From contig CM106586.1 of the NCBI GenBank assembly GCA_048013815.1, forward strand, positions 15,128,001-15,192,000: DNA of 64,000 bases. The letters are read 5' to 3'. Each line of letters starts with the position of its first letter. Within the stretch, counting starts at the first letter, position 1. The notes under the pieces are model-generated. The model was not told the DNA's origin, did no database searches, and saw only the letters and a list, made by a program, of their open reading frames with translations. Of this stretch, positions 11,601 through 22,100 are shown one piece after another. Position numbers and translations under genes: made by a program. The DNA is from Setoptus koraiensis. Lineage: Eukaryota > Animalia > Arthropoda.

Positions 11601-14600
11601 ACCCATTTTCAAAACAGATTTGCCATGCACACACACATGTTTCAAAACAAAATTGAGGCGCCCTTTGAGTGACTTGTTGTGGCCGCGTTCCAATGAAAAA
11701 ATGTAGCTCCATTTATTTTTCTAGAACTACACTCTGGAGAATTGTGACAACTATCTTTTTTCTTTGACAAATCGCGCGTTTGTATGTAGCCACAACAGAC
11801 AGTATGCCTCACAATGTCTGACTCATAATGTTTCTGCTATCGTTAATCAAAAGCAGGGCTCTCTCATGATTATATAACCATTAACTCGTTGCATCTGTTC
11901 TCATCTACTGAGTTATATCTACTGGAAATATATTATTGTATTGCTGTCCTGCTGTGTGCAAAGAAAAATAATTCCGTGAAAATAATCATAAAATAACAAA
12001 TTGCCTCATGCTGCGCTAAGACCTTGCTCGACTGGTTGCTTGACCTTAATGGTACACAGTTGGATGACGATGAACCAGAATCTCTGGCCTCATATCAGAT
12101 CACCTAATGGCGAGACGCGTAATGGGTCCATCAAATCAACATCATCAGCATATTTGAGCGTGGGCCACATCTCTTTAGATTTTTTTTTTCGTCTTATACA
12201 AAATGCAGTCGCATCATGCAAAATATAGACCGACGTTGCAGATCAGTGTTGCCAGTGTTCATTGGCTCGTGTTGTGATTTTCGCTTCGACTGTTAAATTA
12301 AATCAGAGAAGCGCCCCGTCAGCTAATCGCTGCAAAACTCGCCGAGATACATATCTTGTTTTAGAGTGGACGCGTTCGGATATCCATGACGGATATCTGC
12401 ATCGTTTGCAGCTGCCGGCCCAGGCCTGATCCTCGCGCGGGTAATCCTTGCCCTGGCGAAAATGCGCGAATCCGTTCGCGGATTGAATCGGGTCTGAACG
12501 CATGTTTATTCTGGAGCCTTTATCATTGCAAACAAGGCACGAGGAAAGTGAATGAAGATTTATTAGAGGCAATAATGGAGGTGCGATTTGCATTGGTTTT
12601 TATTACATTAGCTTTAATTGAATCTGATCTTGCTTATTTTTAGCTCGAGTTAGACTCGATAATTCCTTTCATTGCACTGTAGTGAGGCGAACCGACCAAT
12701 ACCCATGCTACACTAATTGGGTTTTGTTTTTTGTTGCGCTGTCTGGGATTTCCATGAGCCACTATTGTCTGGCAACTTAAGCTAAATATAACATCTATTC
12801 TTATGAATACGCAAGAAACCTTACAATTATGTAAGCAGGTAGCTCGCAAGTAGCCTCTTAGGATGGTTTTGCGAGCCTAATTACTTGTGTCTGCGTTATT
12901 TCTGGACAAACACAGGTTTTCCAGGTCGGTTTCTGGGTAGTGCTTCGATCCTTTCTGGCTAACTCTGGCTAAGATGGAACATTCTCTGCGCTGGCCTCAT
13001 TTTTCTCTTGAATGCTCAAAGAGGCATCACTGAAGAAGCGAAATCTTGCCAGCGAAAGGGCCCCGGTGACTTCACGGTCTCTTGTTACTGGGAAAGTTTT
13101 CGGTCGTATAAAACATGACAGGATTTTGCCGGACAAAAGAAAACTGAAACTGGCGATGCAAGAGGCGATAAAAAAGCGGATGCGTACAATCTCGAAATTC
13201 GAGTGTTCGGTGCAGTATGGGGCCCAAGTCAAAACGAATCATTAGAAGCATTCTTATATCTCGTCGGCGAAAACCGCTCGCCGTTGGCCTCGAAATGTAA
13301 GGGCACCACTATTACATCTCTGAGACAGCTCAGAGAAAATGTCCGGCAACAGCAACAACAACGATTGTTGTCGTTGTTGCTGCTCACCGCTCCGCTCATC
13401 GTACAATGACCAGTGTCAGCAGGAGTAACCGTTGGATTCAATTACTCGAATGGGTTACAGTTGTGCCAACAATGACGAAAGAAGCCACCGTTTCCATCAC
13501 GAATTTCTCTTATTCTTTCTTTACCTCTATCCTGGTTGCATAAAGAATGCACACAATGTGCCACAATTGTCTCTGCCATTCACTATCAGCACCAATCTCG
13601 ATCTTCGTGCACCGACTACACGACTATTTGTGTTAGTCTCCATTGTTAGTCCCCATTGTCAGGTTTGCCGCTGACTGGCCAACGACAAGCGGCCGACAAC
13701 AGCTAACTCCACACATAATTGTTCATGACGTCCAGGATTACGTCACACATAGCGTGGGTGATTAGTGTATGCCCATGCTAATTATGAGGTCCACAGTAGG
13801 CGACATTACGTGACATTCGTAATCTGCTTATCAACACTCTAATGCACAGGCAACTGAATCAAGTCGCATATTAGTTGTATCGAGTGCTATGATAAACATG
13901 ATTCAAATGCGGATGCAATGAGGGGTCGTATCGGACAATCCGGTCGCCTCACTTCCCGTTGAAATCTCTCAGGAACAAGTAGCTAGCTCACGTTACTTGT
14001 AGGGGTAGGCCGTTAAACTGCGAGTGTTATTGTTTGCACAACGAAATATCTCGAACTCTTCAATGAGATTCTCTCTACTTTTGGTTGTTCTAATCACTCG
14101 ATTTCATCTGTTTGTCTCATTTCAACTTTTTTCGGGTCGCCCCATATTTCGCGAGCGTCACGAAGAGTAAACCACGGGGCGCTTGAAGTGATCCAAAAGT
14201 TTCTACTCTTCTCAATGGATGCATCTCAGTATTGCCTGTTACGGGTAAAGATAAATCATGCATGACAGCGATGATTTTATTGTACTCGCTCTTTGAGCAA
14301 CTGCAACCCGTTGGTACAACTTTCTCATCAGAATCTGAAACTACTCAATTTTTTTTTGTATGAGATCAAACTGTACGATGGTTTCCGGTTTTCACCAGTC
14401 TAAATCGTGTGCACGCTCAGATCGGGACACAGCCATTCGTTCGACGTACATTTTTTTGGCATTTTTCGGCACTTTTCGGGATCGTTCAACGTTATTCCTC
14501 GGTGTTTTCGAAATACAAAATTCACAAATCCACGAATGGACGTTGTTCATCGATATCTGGTTAAAACGCTACACGAGAGCAATCAGACCCTGTTTTTGAG

Positions 14601-16153
14601 TTTTCATGACAGAAAAGGTCAAAACTGGGCGTTTTCGGTGCACGAAAACCGGGCTTAAAAGATGTAGGTTTGGGGCCAAATACTGGGCTGCAGAGTTTTG
14701 TCGTCATCGCAAAAACTGCGGTTCACAACCGATTGTGTTGTCAATGGCGAGCATAATTTGATATAGCTTGTCATCTATCTATGAATATGGATCGCTCGTG
14801 GCTTCATTTTGTTTGCAATCGGACATTCGATGACAAAAATGGGCACTAGCTCGCAATGAGCTGCGGTGAAATTTGATAACTTGTCTTGGGCCGCTTCGGC
14901 CATCGCACTCTGATGATCAGAGTACGGAGTCGATGATATTTGAGGCGAGCCAATGTATCGCACGAGCATGTTCGAGGATCCGAAAATCCGGCGCTCGGCT
15001 TTGCCTGCCCGTGACACACTCGCGGAAGCAAATATGACAATGCCGCCATGACAGTTCCATTAATGCTGTCATGATGCTCTTTCTGGTGATCGTGTGAGCC
15101 CGAAGCTTCGGAGAGTGTCAGTGAAAAAGTTGCGTCTTTAAACAACTGCTTTTCGGTTGCTCTTTTGGGCCATTCTGATTCGTTTTCGGGTGTCCTCACA
15201 AATTCCCTTTATCGCCACAAGACTCTTGTGACAAGAGCGAACGCATTCGTCATTGAGACATTGCCCAACGGCTCGCGTGTTTGCATAGCGTGCTGGCTGG
15301 CTGGCCGGCCGGCCGGCCGGCCAGCATCATTGAATATCAATTAATAATGACGCGCTTTCGGGTGAAAAAATGTCAAGGGATGTCCGAGAGGGGGCCGTCA
15401 AGTCACGGCTGGCCACCAAGCGGCCCACTTAGCCGGCCATAAACAATGGTGACGGACATTGTTACGCGCGATTGAGTGCGTCCAGCGTGCATGTTTGACC
15501 GACCGACTTTGTATTGCTAAAGTGCACTAATTCACTGTTAAAGTCGCCCCTATGATGGTTAAATTTGGGGTTCGAATGGGTTGTCGGCGGCGAAGTGGCG
15601 GCGCCCCCGACCAGCGTGCCGACCAATCTATTTATAAGCCAGCGAGCTTACAATAATGTTGTTCTGGTCGGCGGCCCGTTAGCCGGCCAAGTGTCTCCAA
15701 GTGCCAGCTAACGGGCCGGCGAGCTTAATTTGATGGCTCATTTGTTGACACTTTTTTTATCTACTCTACAAGAGGGGCCCCAGTGAGATAAGCCCTTTGT
15801 TGTTTGGGTTGTTAGTGTGGCGTGGTGCCAGTGATAGATGTGCGAATGATATTGAGCCGCGAGTTTATCTAGCGCAATCTCGGCTGCTGTCGTTTGGCTG
15901 GGCCACTTTCGCCGGGTTAGCTAAACGTTAGCACAACATGCAAAGTATCGCTGCAAAGATTTTTATTTTCGCTGGCGCCGCTTATGTGTGCGTGTCGGGC
16001 TCGTTTATGGGGCGCCCGGTGGCTCGTTTGCGGCCGCACTAGTTACAAAACTCAACCGTGAGTCGGGTTTTATTTGCCCAGCTTGACTCAGCTACTTTTT
16101 GCCCGCTGCTTCGGATAAACACTTGACAACTCTCTGCTCAACAAAAAATAGCC

Positions 16154-16188
<35 letters not shown>

Positions 16189-19100
16189 CGAAGATGATTG
16201 AAATGGGGCCAACAGCGTGCCTGACGATGCAATGTTTGTGCTCGTCATGCAGTGTCAGGCTTGCTTTGCAACAAAATGAGGCCCCTCTTGTGCGGAGTAG
16301 AGGGCCGCCAGCTAAATACGGGGCCCGCCAGCCTGCGCGCAATATCTCAAGTGGCTCAATTCATATCTGTGCGCCAGCATCGGCTGTCTGCGCGTCTGGC
16401 TGGCGAGTTTCGGCTCGGGCGAGTTTCGGCTCAGGCGAGTTTCGGCTCGGTCGAGTCTTGGCTCGGGCAAGTTTCCCCTCGAATGGGGCCCCGGCAAGCG
16501 CGAGTGTACTTAGGCATCCGGATTGCAAATAATGATTCCGCCAGATCGAGAGAGTGCCAACAGGCCAACGGAATGGCAACATAAGCGCATTTATGGATAA
16601 TCACCGGCAGTCACTGAACTCGGCGTCGGACAGCCCGGATTTATCGCCATTTTCATGACTCATCACCTTGACGAGCCGCCAGACGAATGTTTGGCATGTT
16701 TGGCATCTTCGGCCAGACCGTTTCACTCGTCAACAACCAACAATAAATAATAAATAATAATTGTCGGCTCGGAGGCTCGCGGCAACGCGCATTTGCAACA
16801 GTGTCCGACAATGTTGGACAGAATAGCAATGTTGCCAGTGCGCGACAATTGCAGCACGCCGATTGCAAACAAACATTAGCATTCCAGCGACAATTCTCGT
16901 CACCTAGCCAGCGCGTGCTGGCCCCACCAGCGGCTTCGAAACGCACCAATGCAAAGCTGCCGCGAATGCCGCCGATGCAAAGGTGCCGCGCGAACGCACT
17001 GGCCGCGAAACAAACGCCGAGTGACAAGCGTGTCTTCGGGGCATAATAAGCCAGCTAACTAAACAGCTGAACAGCTGAACGAGTTAGACGGGCCGATTGG
17101 GGCGCCGCGAAACGACGCTTGTGAAGAAAAACGCCGGCCAGCAGCCACTAAATGGCTACTGCTTGCCAAACATGACATGACACGACGACCGGGCGATCAA
17201 TCTACACGCTTATTAGTAGTTTATTATTATCTAATAATAGCCGCTCTGGCCATCTTAAGTGCATTACATGATTGTGTGTGATTGTTGCACTTGGCCCACT
17301 CAGTAAAGTTGCCCCGTCCAAGTGATATGCCGCTGCCGCTATTGCTGTTGCGTGCTCACGTCCCACTGATACAAACGATCCGAGTTTCTTGCAGGGCAAA
17401 ACTCTCTTCGGGGCCCCACTGGCCCCATTCGCACCCAAATAGCCCAGTGGCACCCAAAGAGCCCAGTGGCGCCCGAAGAGCCCGCTGGCGCCCGAAGAGC
17501 CCGCTGACGCCCGAAAGGGCCCCGATCCGACAATCAGTGTTGCACTGCGCAGTAATCACGTTAGTGTCAGTTCCTGTTCGGGGGCAAACACCGAGCGAGC
17601 GCTCAAAACAGGAAGTGAGACCGGGGCCCAATTAAATTGTATGCGCTGTATGCGCCCAATGTGTGACTGTATGCCCAATATGCAGCTACACTGAGGCTGG
17701 CGGCATCGCAAGCGGCCAAAAAGGACGCCGTTACCCGATTCGCAAAACGTGCCCGGCGACGCGCGAGCTCGCACAATTCATTTGAAAGTGCCACTAGCGA
17801 CATTTCGGGACGTGGCAGTTTGTTGCAAGTTTTGTTTATCTATTGTATCGCGTAATTGTAGCGTAACAACATGTAATGGCAACTGTACAACTGACGGGCC
17901 TCACTTGTCAATTTAACACAGTCAGGTGATGTTGGCCGCCCTGTCAAATTGATCATTTTCTCTTTATTCTATTAGTGCGAGCCCCAAACTGGGGCCCAGT
18001 CACTGGGCCCCAGTGTTCAGTGTGTGACTCGCCATATGACGCATTCTTCAAGAAACACGCACTGACAACTGGTGAGCTGGGGGCGCCACCGGATGCGCAT
18101 TTGCTCCGGTGGCGCCGGCTATCGAGTCGATCGGCAGCTACAATGTGCGCATATTGTATTGGGCATATGTCATAATGGCCAATTAAATGTCTCGCTGAAT
18201 GCCAAACAAATCCAATCATCTAATCGAGCTTCATTCGGGCCGGCCAGCTCGAACCACAGCCCGCCACATCCCGACCCGACCCGACACTGCGCAGCTTTTG
18301 CATCGACGCTAATGTGTAACTATATTTACTTTTACCTGTCGCCGCTCTGCATGCCAGATTCAAATTACTGGATGTGATCATACTGAAGAAGCGCTCTCGG
18401 CACGATCTGGAGCAGGAGTTGCGCCCGCTGACGGCCAGCGAATCGCGCGTCATGCTTCTGTACGCCTCAAAAGGTGAGTAACAACCCCAATTATCTTCCC
18501 ATTTGCCCTGGCCCCGAATCGCCATATCGGCCACATACGGCCCGCGCGATTTCGGCGTGATTAGTTGGGGCGAACCGGCGGCAAATTAATCCATGTTGCG
18601 CGCATGTATTGTCGTCGCGGCTCGTGTAATTACGCGTGCTGCCAACTGTCGACAGGTTGGCGGCGCGCGGCGCCCCAACACACAAAAAACGTAATGATGG
18701 GTTGAGTTCTCAAAAATGCCAATTTCGGTCGCAATCAAAACGCGCTCATCTCATTGAATGGGGCCCCCCGCTCATCTCAGTATCTCGCGTCTTTTCCACC
18801 ATCCCAAACACCAACTACGCAATAATGTCGTTATGCAATAATCAACCCGATACGTGCCCCATGCATCGACAGAGTCGGCAATAGAGATTATGGCGGCGGC
18901 AAAACAGCTGAAGCTAACGAGAAAAACGTACGCCTGGATAGTGGCCCAATCGGTTATTGGCGCCAACGACAACGAGCGAGCGCCCAGCGAATTTCAGCCA
19001 GGAATATTGGGTAAGTTTGTGCCAGCATTTGTGTGACAAATCGACAGGTTGGTGGCTTCCGAAATGGGCACGCACATACGCCTACAATTCGTATGACACA

Positions 19101-22100
19101 ACAGCGACAATGACAAATGTCAGATGTCAGATGAAATTAAAAAGCGCCCCCTCTGACAGCGATATCATCATCAGCGAGTCTATCATTAGACGGTGTAGAT
19201 GCGCGTTGGCAGCCGAAACAAATTCCGACGAATTCCGTGACTTATGGCGCGTGTACGATCGATCGAAAAAACTCACTATGAAAGCGGAAATTTTTGTCAA
19301 AAGCCTCGCAATCAGCACGACTAAACCAGTGGAAATAAATAGCTAACCTTTGCAAATTTCTCTGTCAAATTTTTCCGTCAGGCATTCATTTCAGGTCCAA
19401 TCATGAGCGGCTGCTCGATGAGGTTTCGCGAGCCATAACAATTATTTCGTATGGCTTGGAATTGTTTGTGCGCGACCATTTGGCCATGCAATCGAACAAG
19501 ACGTCGTCGTTATTGGCCACGACAAAACCAATCAATAATGCTAATGAGTCTCTCGACGGCAACACTAATCAGTCGACGGATCAGCAGCATTCCAGCCAGC
19601 AGCAGCAACAGCAACCGTTCAGTTATTTGGAGCAACAGAATTATCCGTGGCCGGCGGCCCATCCGTCGCTGAATTTGAGCGATATCGACATCGGATCGCA
19701 TTCGTCTTGCAAGGGCCCGCTGAGCCAAAAGGCCGTGATCAAGGGAAACACATTGTACGAGTAAGTAATCGGGCAAAGAAACAATTTTTGTCGACCGTGA
19801 GCTGCCGTTGCGCTAGTTAATTACTAGCACAACGCGCCGGCGATATTCGGCTGCGGGCCATTACGATAATGGGCCCCAAATATCTCTGGCGCGCGAGACA
19901 AAGTGGCTCGCTCGGGTATCGATCCATGGCGGGCCACCGGATGCAGCCACGCTGACAAGGGCCATCATTTATCATTGTTATTACTGTCAACATTGGTGTA
20001 CGTAAACGGGGGCGAAATGGGCTGAGAAAAATATTTCGGCTCCACGCCGGCGACAATCGACAACGGCGAACTGTCTGGCCGCCGCTTGTTTGCGACAAAA
20101 CGCGTTACGTGAACGAAATAGTCAATTTCGCCCCCACAATATTGTCATTACGGCTACATATTGTTGTTGTACATATTGTAACGAGCCACGCCGGCCGCCA
20201 GGCGAGAGGGGCCCGATTCTGGCGAGCGCGCCCACCAGAGAAGGGGCCCGATTCTGGTGGCTGGCTGCGGTAATGCATCGCCGGCGATGCCGGTGCGCGC
20301 ATTATCTCGCTGCCATCATCAAGGCCAGATATCCGAGTGCGAAAAAGCCATTTCGGCCCGACCAAACTATAGTTACTGTATAGTTAATGTAGATGCCGCT
20401 GTTGGCGTCGCGACGGGCGCGCCATGATTCGCCGACGCACCCGATTAGGCGCGGGCATTGATTGCTCGGGCCAATTACATCGGCGAGGTGTGTTTTAAAG
20501 GGGCGCGCCCGCAAACGGCCCGTTTTAAGCCAGAGGTATTTATGCCGCGATGATTTATGCGACTGGCAGTCTCAGCCGACCGGCGGCCTCACACTGAGCC
20601 GCTGAAATTGTGAAAAGCGGCGGTGCGTCGCCCACTCGCCGGGTGTCGCGCGCACGACGGGCGATTTTCCAATCTCTCGGATCTTTCGGATCGTCCGGCG
20701 CTGCGAGCGGGCGGCCCGGACAGAGCCGAGCGGGCCGGATAAGGCCGAGCGCGCAGTCAGCGGAGTTGTCAGCGGCTCGGGATTATCTATTCAGACATTC
20801 GGACACGTCGCCGAGCCGTGGCCGGCCGCGCCTCCGCACGCCGCGAGTGCGCGGCTTCGCTCAAACGGGCAAAGTGTCCGCAGTGTCCGAAGCGGCCTAA
20901 GTGGCCGAAGTGGCCTAAGTGTCTCGGCGCCGACCAGCCATGATTGATGGGCTGCTCATGTTAATTCGCGCGCCAGTTGCACGTACTGGCCGCTGATCAA
21001 ACGTGTCGCACGAGCGTTATAATTTCTTCGCGCCCACGCGCTCGCTCGGTGGGCCGTTTTGGCAGTTTCGGCACTAGCCAGAAAAGTTGGCACTAGCCAG
21101 AAAAGTTGGCGCCAGCCAGAAAAGTTGACACTCTAATCTTGCTGATATATCTCGTGTTGCTTGCTATCTCTTTGCGTGCGAAAAAACAATGCGGCATGTA
21201 CGCCACAAGTAGATATTTCAGGAAATCTTCGCCGTCTAACCTGTTCGACGCCGACGGATCGTTGCGCGACGTCGAGCTCAACGTGGTCAATCTGGACAAC
21301 GAGCGCCAATGGAAGAGGGTGAGTAACCACAAAACTGTGCCAGATAAGTGCCGGTTGTGTCATTAGTTAATTTCGGCTCCGCCGGCCGGCGATTAGCAAG
21401 ACGACATAACCGCTCACCGAGAACAGTTGTAAATGAATTGTCAATGAAACATTGATCGGTTGGAAAAACGCGTCGCTCATATCGCAATACGAGAGAGATT
21501 GTCGCTGGTTGTTGTTGTTGTGCAGGTTTGCGGGGCCATTGTGCGCGTAACTGGGGCCCCAACTGGACGCCCCAATTGCACAAACACACAACTTGTCTTC
21601 GACTGGCCACTGTGACAACTCTCATATGATCGCGCTCGTGATACACGCAATATCTCATATCTCGTTATTTCATTTCTGTTCGTGTGGCGCTGCAGATTGG
21701 CTACTTCACGGGCACCACGCTCAAAATAGACGACATCACTTGGCCAGAACAAGCGGAGCGCCCCCCAACGGTGAGTATAAGTCTCAACGAGAGATAAATA
21801 ATAATTGTTGAGGCCGGACTGACGGGCCAACGGGCCAACGACAGAGCCAACGGAGCCGACAGAGCCAACAGAGCGAGGCTTAACGGGGCGCCCAAATAAA
21901 TCCAGGGGCCCCGGCCGGCTGAGCGGCCTCACAGACCCAATCATATGGGCGAGACGCAATCATATGGATAATATGAATTGGATGGCACGCCTCATCACTC
22001 GCATTAGCATCTTGGCAGTGGGCAGCAAACGGATCTGCAGGCTGGTAGCTGTCATCGGGCACATATATCACACATCGCTCGATTGGTCGCTCGCCACATG

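Noticed and set aside
11740-15200. AT-richer block with several 60-117 aa ORFs inside Nmdar2 intron 1, possibly a nested gene or old transposon
   Set aside because: No recognisable motifs, terminal repeats or consistent exon chain were found by eye; it needs a BLAST or RepeatModeler search.
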